Shown one piece after another: positions 27,901 to 37,454 of a stretch of DNA of 64,000 bases (its first letter is position 1; each line of letters starts with the position of its first letter). Location of the stretch: contig NC_092670.1 in assembly GCF_964355755.1 (NCBI RefSeq), forward strand, positions 34,956,388 to 35,020,387. The letters are read 5' to 3'. The DNA is from Antedon mediterranea (lineage: Eukaryota; Animalia; Echinodermata). The notes under the pieces are model-generated. The model searched no databases and was not told the DNA's origin. It saw nothing but the letters and a program-made list of their open reading frames with translations. A program made the position numbers and the translations under genes.

Positions 27901-30900
27901 CTGCGTATACGCGAGAGGGACACTTTGAACCAATTGAATTGATAAGTACATCATGTATTTCAGTAACTGTTTCAAAGGATGCTAGATAACCACCGGATAA
28001 CTCGCAAAGACTCTTTACATTCTGCCATGTTTTTGTTGTCGAAATTTCTGTTGCAAGATACCGTGATGAGCCAATTTCAATTTCGCAGCCTAAAACACAA
28101 CAGTAAATTTAACCAGTTTAACAAACATTACAGAAAAAAAGAGTAGTTCTTTGGTATTAATTTGTATGTACACCCTCATAGTATGTTATATTGCATTATT
28201 AATGCATAGTAGGTTATTCCATCCCAGCATAAACCCATGCACGTCTATTTACAAATTTAGATAATCAAATGAAATATGCAAAATGTGGATCATCACTTTT
28301 TTAAAAATTTTTTTAAATTTTGTATTTATTAAACCTTATTTAGTGAGGGTTACCCTAAACAGCATATGCTGAAATTATAAAAAAAACATATATGAAAAAA
28401 AAAATAAGAACGGATGAACTATGAACTAAAAAAAATATAATATATATTTTAAATATTTCATTATATAAAATATATATATATAAATACAAAAATATAGCCT
28501 ACAAAACATTGGAGGTTTTTCTTTTAGAATTAATTTTTTTTTTAGAGCAGACTTACAATTGTTTACCGACACTTACTTCACAAGGAAACAAATCAAATTT
28601 ACAAAAGTACATTTAAACTGAAGATCACAACTCACCATAAGATCCCACAACTAGCAACATTATTAGGAAGGTAAATTGCAACATCTTGATTGTCTATAAG
28701 CCTATGCAACACTAAGCGCGCCCAGAACCTTGACGAAATACTTCAAGAGATGCAGAGAGCAGCACGTAGAGGGCGTGCTATTTGTAAAGGTTTTAGAGTT
28801 TCCTTCAGCATAATATGAAATATTAAAAATATTTTCAGGCCAATATGAATATTCAGGACTGTATGTGTGGGGAAGAATACATGATCCCAGAAACATACAG
28901 GATCTTAAGTCGGGTCTGCCTCGGATACAAAAAGAAGGGATAAAGCAGCGGAACAGGACAAATCATCACTAATTTTACAAAAAAAAATGTGTGATATGCC
29001 CAAATATGGTAGTGATATTCCCAAATATAGTTGTGATATGCCCAAATATTTAGTAGTGACATCATCGTCAATTTTTTCACGTCAAATAAAGTTTGAGTGT
29101 TCAGAAGAGTGTCCCCTTGAAATAGTGGCTTTGGACGTGTTGTGTTAATTTACAATTTGTTTGCACCTGCACCACATACGTTGTTGTTGCTCCCATTAAA
29201 GCGTGGTTCCCACTAGCGACGCAACATAAGGACGTAACGCAACGCAAGTGAATTGACCAATCACAAGCGATGGCTTATTCGCTTGTGATTGCTAACTGTC
29301 TATAACTTCGCTTGTCATTGGTTAAAACGCTTGCGTTGCGTTTACGTCATTGCGTTACGTTTTAGTGTGAACCAAGTTTAAGCAACGCGTAATGATTGTC
29401 AACTGTTGTTACTGCAACAGGAAATTTGATCAAATAAATTGTGAAAATAGTTGTTGTGAGGTAGAACTCTTCACCTTTACGTGTTCTGAATTCAAAACGC
29501 ACAACGTGTGATCAAAAAACGTAAATGAGCCACCAAACCAAACCGGGCTAAGTGTAAACGGAGCTTTATACTTACATAACCCCGCGCAGAAAAAAAATAA
29601 TCAAAAGATAGAATATAATTTTTAAAAATAACCGCCTGATTAAGTCAGTCCATCACTATTTGTACCAATCATAATTACTGTCTGTAAAGACCTCATTCAA
29701 CACACTATAATTACAAACATGTTGTCTTTCTTTTCTTTTTCAAAAAGATTAATGATATGGTAACATTTTACATTGCGATACAAACAATTGATACAGGAGA
29801 TTGTACTACTGCTAATTAACTAAAATAGTCGACTGTTATTGTATGTAGTTATGGAAATAAACACACACACACATCATTACACACTTAGTACTTACAAATA
29901 ACAAATAATATGTTTTTAGAAATGAATATTTTTAGAAATTAATAAGTCAGTTAGTCTTTATAGAAAAAACAAAAATGTATTCAATTTCTTTTTTTTTTAA
30001 TTCTAACACATTTCACACTTTTCTCAATGCACAATACTTGCGCTAATCAAATCATGAGTTATAGGCCTAATTAGTAATGCAAAACATGGCATATACATTG
30101 CTGCAGTCGCGTGCTCAAATTTGAGTGTTTACCGACCGACCGACCGACCAACCGACCGACCTACCAACCGACCGACCGCCATAGTGAGCTGTAGAGTCGC
30201 GACTAAAAATACATTAACAATGGGTAGTCGCTAAAATACCCCAACTTACAGTTTTTAAATGCGTTTCAACTAGCGTTACAAAATCAGTTAAAACGATTTT
30301 TTGACATAAAACAAATCTCACTCACCATAATATTCACATATATACCCTTTCGTATGCCCTCTGTTTAATTTTGAATTAGCTTTAACATCATAAATGAAAC
30401 CATTTTCTAAATCAATTTTACACCCTGCATACGTGTCACTGTTTAAACTAGGTTCGGACATTGCAAATGGGGTAATTGTATAGTTAAAGCCTTCTCCAGA
30501 TTCCCATATCCAGTTCACAATTACGTACGGCTGCAAGCCTGTTTGTCGCGATAGTCCAATTGCATATGTACCTCTTCTACAGTTTTTCTTAATAAATTCA
30601 AGTACGGAATCTACTTCGTCAGATGTTGTAAGACTTGCTAGCTTACCGCCAGACGATGCACAGCTACGTCTTGCTTCGAACCAAGTTAAGTCTACTTCAA
30701 GGATTACTTTGTATGATGATGAATTGACCGCCAATTCGCAGTCTGAAACAGTCATGAGATTTGTTATAGAGCTACGTATGCGCGTATGGTCTTTGACATA
30801 AGCATTTCATTCTTGTTGACATTAGGCCTATAACATTCTACCACTGAGGTTTTATACCACAATACGGAAATCACAGAACCGTTTGTATAAAAATACACAA

Positions 30901-31193
30901 AGATGCCTCGCGGCATATAAATGTATGTTGGGCCTTGCTTTGAACTATTCCATTTTTTTAGGGAGTTCTGCACACAAGGGTTTGTAGTAGCCTATATACG
31001 AACGGAATGTTACCGGTATATAAAAATATGGTTAATGTGTAACGACCGACCAATACGTCTGATCAAGGAAGAGTGAAATTAGGCCTACAGTGCAATGTCA
31101 CTCTTCCGTGGTATAATAAAAAAAAGCAAACTCACTTGATTCAACAGTGACAACTTGCAACACTAAAACAAAGTTGAAAAGTATGTTCTTCAT
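13076..31193 (-). CDS. Adhesion GPCR gene A: SP-CTL-CTL-kringle-HYRx3-GAIN/GPS-7TM (~1167 aa, 22 exons)
   Basis: Exons (all GT/AG, frame continuous, 3504 nt): 31193-31136, 30742-30326, 28089-27667, 25854-25597, 25279-25256 (tentative), 23830-23591, 23328-23077, 22901-22662, 22436-22321, 21905-21797, 20832-20713, 20433-20355, 19997-19874, 19669-19584, 19453-19339, 18913-18807, 18261-18156, 17676-17453, 14644-14578, 14413-14310, 14022-13854, 13141-13076 (stop). Confidence 0.85.
13212..13692. mobile_element. PIF/Harbinger-like MITE in the last intron of gene A
   Basis: Inverted ends aggcgaatttgttcgcgcgaatc / gattcgcgcgaacaaattcgcct, with TAA/TTA flanks. Confidence 0.65.
14768..16663. mobile_element. 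Foldback DNA element with arms of (ggacaactacccc)n
   Basis: The array at 14780-15200 is inverted at 16415-16663. Both flanks share caaaac (degenerate TSD). Confidence 0.7.
15830..16352. mobile_element. MuDR/Mutator-like MITE with an internal ~23-bp minisatellite
   Basis: TIR GGGTGTTTCGAAACTAGAGACC. Perfect 9-bp TSD GTTAAAAAC at 15821-15829 and 16353-16361. About 18 copies of tatacgaaaagggagacccaaa inside. Confidence 0.88.
17260..17283. mobile_element. 24-bp perfect palindrome with 8-bp TSD (transposon footprint)
   Basis: CATTTCGA|CAGAGCCATATATATATGGCTCTG|CATTTCGA. Confidence 0.8.
19339..19669 (-). CDS. Gene A GPS motif exons
   Basis: ICLFFDD-M-IWSDEG...TCHSDHL|TSFSVFM, with the HL/T cleavage consensus and a Stachel-like peptide. 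Confidence 0.9.
22662..23830 (-). CDS. Three HYR-domain exons of gene A
   Basis: DTEAPTIYCP...ATDAS.NNNTC.F.V.V pattern. Exons are 240, 252 and 240 nt, all phase 1-1. Confidence 0.85.
24182..24529 (+). mobile_element. Probable solo LTR
   Basis: Ends are TGTAAC...TTACA, with AATAAA ~70 bp before the end. Flanks are caaaa and ctaaa (4/5 TSD match). Confidence 0.45.
24627..24781. mobile_element. Small MITE with a ttagg-rich core
   Basis: gtatcataggaatat.tttggtaataca is inverted as tgtattaccaaatattcctatgatac. Confidence 0.55.
24970..25088 (+). mobile_element. Helentron-associated (HINE/DINE-like) element 3' end; further copies at ~30090-30204 and ~32790-32854
   Basis: (ACCG)n microsatellite, then catagtga..tagAGTCGCG-loop-CGCGACT hairpin, then an A/T run. 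Confidence 0.6.
25597..25854 (-). CDS. Kringle-domain exon of gene A
   Basis: ECY....DYRG..N.T.TGKTCQ.W...NHCRNPD.EPTAWCYTTDP..RFELC. 258 nt, phase 1-1. Confidence 0.93.
26302..26660 (+). pseudogene. Degraded CR1/L2-type reverse transcriptase C-terminal fragment
   Basis: PFLKKDIAALESVQR..TR....YPERLKRLNL, followed by frameshifts. Confidence 0.7.
27667..28089 (-). CDS. Single-exon C-type lectin domain 2 of gene A (EPN motif)
   Basis: TW..VKSLC...GGYLAS...YAVGL.R...NWMWETGE...EPN...GYICE. 423 nt, phase 1-1. Confidence 0.88.
28636..28684 (-). CDS. Internal signal-peptide first exon SP-B (MLQFTFLIMLLVVGSY/G)
   Basis: ATG, 16 mostly hydrophobic codons and a phase-1 donor G|gtgag. Conserved in the duplicate at 34773-34725. 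Confidence 0.65.
29200..29378. mobile_element. PIF/Harbinger-like MITE
   Basis: taa|agcgtggttcccactag ... tagtgtgaaccaagt|tta, with an internal gaccaatcacaagcga/tcgcttgtcattgg palindrome. Confidence 0.7.
30326..30742 (-). CDS. Single-exon C-type lectin domain 1 of gene A
   Basis: LTWFEARRSC...GGKLASL...YAIGLSR...NWIWESGE...GYICE. 417 nt, phase 1-1. Confidence 0.9.
31136..31193 (-). CDS. Signal-peptide first exon SP-A (MKNILFNFVLVLQVVTVES)
   Basis: ATG, hydrophobic core, V-E-S cleavage-like end and donor A|gtgag. TATAAAA on the minus strand at 31307-31301. Confidence 0.8.
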
Positions 31194-32107
31194 TTCTGAC
31201 GTATACCAAAAAAATGATCATATACTGTAGATAGTTACAGCAGACGACGAGGCACGTAAAATTATGCATTTCAGAATACTACTGCGCATGTGTAGGCCTG
31301 TTTTATATGACAATTTCTTTTAGGACTAATGAATTGTCAGTCGCATGATTACAACAATAGTATAATCACCTAATCTATCTGTGTTGGCGTTCTTTACTTC
31401 TCTAATTAACTTAACTGGACATCTCTTTTTTATTGAAAAATGCCGTTTCTATTTTATTTTAACAGGACTATAAAAACGACTTACTGCTCGGTCGCTTATA
31501 CGAGGATAGAGTGAATCAAACACAGGGGTTGCTGGAATCAGTTGTGCGCAGCAACTGCTAATCATGCTGACATGTTAATTGTTCATGTTGCTCACATAAA
31601 ACTTTATTTAAAATTGTCGTGACTCGAGTCAAAATTCTACAATAACAACAATCAGCTAAATTCATCCGTACAAATAGCATACATACACTGGTCTCCCTGG
31701 TTCGCAATGAACACGAGATATTCAGCAGCTGGTTAGTATAATAAGGATAGACGACTATACAGTAAGACCAAAGGCGGGGATGTTCAGCCATGTCCAGGGC
31801 GCGATATTTTTTTTCGTACATGAGTTGGGGATACCTCATGAAACGTCACAAAATAAACATGAATCATTCATTAATCATATCCATAAAATGTGACGTAAAA
31901 ATAATGATCTAACTACAATTCACTATTGCAAGCGTTTTCCGTGAGCCGTCTGCTTAGTCGAATGGATTAGACTACAGACTTTGTATGTCGATGTATAGAG
32001 TTCGATTCCCATGAGCAACTTCTTTAACTTTATAGCAAGGGGGATATTATTTTGAGGATTAGGTTAAGTTATATTTAGGAAGTAGGTCGGCTATCTTTCA
32101 CATAAGG

Positions 32108-35100
32108 AGTGATGAGCCAGTTCTAATTTCGCAGCCTAAAAAAATAATAATTAAATTTGACCAGTTCAAAAATATTACAGAAAGAAAATAGGTATTTTGG
32201 TATTAATTACACCCCCTCCTTTCTCAGTCACATTGAGAAGTATCTTGCATTATTAATGTATAATAGGCAATTTGGTTTGGCATACCAATCTAGCATAAAA
32301 TGCATGGCCTATTATACATTTACAAATTAGCAGGGAAAATGAATTTGACTCAACTCAACTCAAATTCATACATTTTATGATGTAAATTATACACATCTAC
32401 TATTTGTTGCAAATAACATAATAATGTAAAGTACTGCATAAATTAGTGTAGTTTGAAATTGAAAAATATCACTAAAATATACCTGAACAACCAAGAACCT
32501 CAAATCTTAAACAAATGGCATGAAGCCAAGCTGTTGGGTGAATACGAATGTAACGAGCAATCACTGGTTTTGGAAACAGATTAGTAACTTGAGAATTACG
32601 ATTTGCATTTCCAACAAATTCCTGAACATAGAAAAACAAGTACAAAAGTATAGTTTAAAGTTTAATTAAAATACACAATTTTAATGAAAACAACTGCTTC
32701 TAAATCATGCTTAATTTGAAGGCGATCATACAAATTATAATGCACTTATGTTTTTGGTGATTAGCTTAGGTATTATCTTATCTAAAGTGATACCGGACCG
32801 ACAGACGGACCGACCGACCGACATAGTGAACTATAGAGTCGCGTCCACGCGACTAAAAATAGCCACTAGCCTAATTCCATTCTAAATTACATATATTTGA
32901 ATAATTTAGAGACATGAAGTCGTTAAAATAAATAAGAGAAACTCACCATAGTAGTATCATCGGCTTCAATAATGTATTTAAAGTTGTTACCATCGATACT
33001 GTACAACACTTCAAAAGTCGTAACCCATTGGGAATATGTCCAATTACGTCCTTGTGTAATCACTCCAGTCACCCATTTTAGAGCACCAATATCAGCTTGT
33101 ATCCATTGGTTTTGATCATATGATCTTGCACCCCAAGCACCAATATTACCCTTCTTTGGAGTTGTATTAAGTCTACCATATTCAGGCCCATGTCGTGCAT
33201 CATATTGAGTCGATGCTGTAAGTGCAATTGTTCCTTCTTCTACTCCCAAAGGATCCGTACAGAACTTTGTTTTAACTAATTGTACCATAGTAAAATAGAA
33301 ATGCATGTTTCTGATACACAGAGACTTAAGAATAAGCATACAGCATCATTTTCTGGCATATAAAAATTTGATTGGAAAAATGAACATTCTAAACGTGTAA
33401 CCTGCATGTTATTGTGGATATGTATATTTAAAGTTAGACGCAGATTTTATTTTTCTAATATCACATGGATGCTCAGGAAAAAGCCCATGGCAGGTGTAAA
33501 ATACCATCGAGAGCAGCCTATGTAAATGCAATGTGGACGCACGAATGTTCACTCTTCCAAAAGAAAACACAAACAGATGATTAAAAATATCTTATTAAAT
33601 GATTGTTGGAGACGTGAGAGCAGCGTGGTCCAAGAGGATTGTACCACGCCCTCTCAGTTCTCAAAATAGAATCGTGTTTAAACTTTGTTTTCACACAATT
33701 CCTTAAACATTAATAATAGCAATATTCACAAACTGTGAAGGTCTCCAACATAAAAGAGTTTAATATTCACATAAACATTTGCCTAAGTGATTTACCTGTA
33801 TTTATGTATTGATAGTCATTATGTGTTACAATTGGTTTATTTACCTGGGCAGCCAAGAATTTCAAACCTCATACAAATGTGGTTGTTCCAAGTCATTGGA
33901 TTGATTCTAATAAATCGTGCATGTATTTCAAATGGAAATAGATTGGTAACTTGTGTATCTGTATCTGTATTGCCAACAAACACCTACAAATAAACAACAA
34001 TATCCAATGCAAGAAAATGCTACTAATCATACAAATCATCTTAAGCGCATTCTTCATTGTTAAACTACTTACTTACCTTCGGTGTTCCAACAGTGATCAC
34101 AATTATCTGCCAGTTAGAACTGTCCATGCCATACAAGACTTCATATGACTTAACCCATTGACTATAATTGTTACGTCCTTGGGTTATTACACCAGTCACC
34201 ACTTTCACTTCATTAAGATCAACTTGAATCCACTGATTAAGATCATTGGTTTTGGCTGCCCATGCACCAATTCCATCATTAGTAGGTTCAATATTCAATC
34301 TCCCACGATGAGCACCGGAATGTGCATCGTATTCACTTGAAGCACGGATGTTTTCCGATGGAATTTCTGATGATTCTATGCCAAGTTTTGAACCAGTGCA
34401 ATTAGACAATGCTGAAAAGATCAATGGGAATATGCAACAAAAAAAGAGAAACACTTAGTTACACCATGCGTGCATAATTCCAGATCTCTTGTCAATGTCC
34501 ATACATTTTTTTCTGGAATAATATTTTGAGAAGCTCTTATACGTTTCCTAGGTATTGCTCTATTTTGATATAGCATTTATACTGTACTTCTATTAACAAC
34601 AATTTAGATAATCAAATCAAATTTGAAAAATGTGGATTATGCACTTACTTTACAGGGGGACACATACACACAACCAAAATCATAAATTTCTAAAAGTACA
34701 TTTAAACTGAAAGTCAAAACTTACCATAAGATCCCACAACTAACAACATTATTAGGAAGGTAAATTGCAACGTCTTGATTTTCTATAAGCCTATGCAACA
34801 CTAAGCGCGCCCAGAAACTTTAAGAAATACTTCAAGAGATGCAAAGATCAGCACGTAGACGGTGTGCTATTTTTAAACGTTTTGAAAATCAGAACCGTTT
34901 GTACAAAAATACACGAAGATGCCCCGCGTCATAGAAATGTGTGTTAGGCCTTGTTTTAAGGAGTTCTGCACACAAGGGTTTGTAGTAATCTATACATGAA
35001 ATGAATTTTACCGGTAATAAAATAATATAATAATATCGGCTCAGCTACAGTGATTAAGTTCACTTAGGTTTACCCTGGTCTCCTCAATTTCAGGTTTTTT

Positions 35101-36278
35101 TTGTTATGTATATACTGAAATAGACCGAATAAATAATGAAATGAAATGGTTAATGTAAGAAGTAACGACTGACCAATACGTCTGATCAAGAAAGAGTGAA
35201 ATCACAGTGTAATGTCACTCTTCCGTGGTATAAAACAAAACCATACAAACTCACTTGATTCAACATTGACAATTTGCAACACTATAATGAAGTTGAAAAG
35301 TATGTTCTTCATTTCTGACGTATACCAAAAACATGATACAGATAGTTACAGCAGACTGAATGTTAAATGTAAAATGATGCATTGCAGAATACTACTGCGC
35401 ACGTGTAGGACTATTTTATGATATTATTCTTATAAGTAGGTTTATTTCTTTTAATGAATTGTCAGTCGCATGATTACAATATACATAATTACCACTCTAT
35501 CTGTGTTAGCATTCTTCAATTCTCCAGTTAACATTTCTTCTTTGTTATAAAATGCCGTTTCTTTACACATAGTAGATAATAGGTAAAATGACGTATAATT
35601 TCCAATTTTTTCTATAGAATAAAAAGAACTGGATTTTTAAAACGACTTACTGCACTCGTTCGCGGGCTGGTACGAGGTAGAGTGAGTCGAACACAAGGGT
35701 CGCTGAAATATGAAATCAGTTGTGCGCAGCAACTGCTAATCATGTAGACATGTTAATTGTTCAAATTATTCACATTCAAATTGTCGTGACTCGAGTCACA
35801 ATTCTACAAAACAACGACAATCTGCTAAATTCATCCGTACTTTATTTACAATACCTCTGGCCTGTTACAAATAGCATACAACAGTGGTCTCCCTGGCTCG
35901 CAATGAACACGAGTTATTCAGCAGCTGGTTAGTATAATAATAGAACGACTATAAGACCAAAGGTTCATCCATGTCCAGGGCGCGATATTTTTTTTTCGTA
36001 CATGAGTTGGGGATACGAAACGTCACAAAACAAACATGAATAATTCATTAGTCATATCCGTAAGATGTGACGTAAGAATAATGATCTAACTACAATTCAC
36101 TAATGCAAACGCTTTCCGTCTGTGCAGTCGAATGGATTGGACTACTACTTTACATGTCGAGGTATGGGTTCGATTCCCATGAGCAACTTTTTATTACTTT
36201 ATAGTAAGAAAGATATTATTTAGAGTGTTAGGTTGAGTTACATTTAGGAAGTAGGTTGGCTATCTTTCACATAAAGAG
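32108..36278. repeat. Tandem segmental duplication of the 5' end of gene A (partner copy 28062-32107)
   Basis: 34885-36278 matches 30868-32107, 34600-34884 matches 28250-28796 (gapped), and 32108-32330 matches 28062-28260. Confidence 0.9.
32483..35312 (-). CDS. Upstream cassette of gene A: signal peptide SP-A' plus two complete FA58C/discoidin domains
   Basis: Exons 35312-35255 (MKNILFNFIIVLQIVNVES), 34411-34077, 33983-33845, 33275-32947, 32621-32483. Motifs LG.E..ASS.Y, GRLN, GAW.A, NQWIQ.D, VTGVITQGR, QWV, ARFIRINP, C.RFE.LGC. Ends on an open phase-1 donor. Confidence 0.85.
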
Positions 36279-36709
36279 TTCACAACTTATGTACGGAAAA
36301 AAATCGCGTCCAAACGGAGATAATTAAAACCAGCCGTGCTATATCTTACGACAAATGTGAACGTTGAACCCACATCAAATATTCACAGCATTCTATATTA
36401 AAATGTATAAAGATCTAAGTCGATCAGGAGGATTTCATCTACGAATGTAAACAAAAATGTTTATATTTACACATGCCGTTCATGCAATAGAGAATGGATG
36501 ATATTGGAAATGACGACGATGTTCATGATACATTCTAATCCACTGAAAATTATCCAAGTCCTGCATTTAACTATGAATGTTGGTATGCGTTTTTATCTTA
36601 GCACGGCGAGCTCAGTTATTGCCTTATTATAACTATGGCTGTTACAATCCTAAATGTTTACACTTTGTAATTTGCAGCGCATTCCAAAACAAGCGGTTTT
36701 GGCACTTAA

Positions 36710-37194
36710 AGGTCTTTCACACCTGTTCCGGCACGATTTCGGCACTGCGCCGGCAAATCCAATCGAACGTCAATGTTTCGTTTTCACGCGGCAATTGGCG
36801 CATAGCCGCGTGAAAACGAAACATTGATGTTCGATTCGCCTGACCGGAACCGTGCCGGAACAGGTGTGAAAGACCTTTCACACCTGTTCCGGCACGGTTG
36901 CGGTCCGGCGCCGGAAATTCCAATCGAACGCCAATGTTTCGTTTTCACGCGGCTACGCACATATCGATTGGCGCATAGCCGCGTGAAAACGAAACATTGA
37001 TGTTCGATTCGCCGGACCGGAACCGTGCCGGTTCCGGTCAGGCGCCGGCAAGTCCAATCGAACGTCAATGTTTCGTTTTTACGCGGCTACGCGCATATCG
37101 ATTGGCGCTTAGCCGCGTGGAGTGTCGTGAAAACGTTACTTTGGCATTCGATTCGCCGGACCGGAACCGTGCCGGAACAGGTGTGAAAGGCCCT
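36710..37194. mobile_element. Compound/tandem PIF/Harbinger-like palindromic MITEs
   Basis: TIR aggtctttcacacctgttccggcacg / cgtgccggaacaggtgtgaaag occurs at both ends and back-to-back at ~36850-36897. Confidence 0.8.
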
Positions 37195-37454
37195 TGAAAG
37201 ACCCTTTACAGATATAACGGTTATTTTATTCTATTTCAATTGAAACGATTTGCTTAATTCTTTGCAGTAATAGTAACAAACGTTTATTTGTATTTGTTTT
37301 CTTTTGAGCACAGCCTTATTGATAACAAAAGCTATACTTCACTTTTAAGTGTTCATCTATAAATACAGCTCTATATATGATTTTTACTATATTACCTCTA
37401 TGGTACCATTTTAAAGTTATAATACAAATAAATGACTTTTTTCTTATAAACATG

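Noticed and set aside
31942-32016. tRNA-like sequence (duplicated at ~36115-36185)
   Set aside because: It has A/B-box remnants without a cloverleaf, so it is a SINE head rather than a tRNA gene.
36717-37197. GC-rich overlapping ORFs
   Set aside because: They are artefacts of palindromic MITEs.
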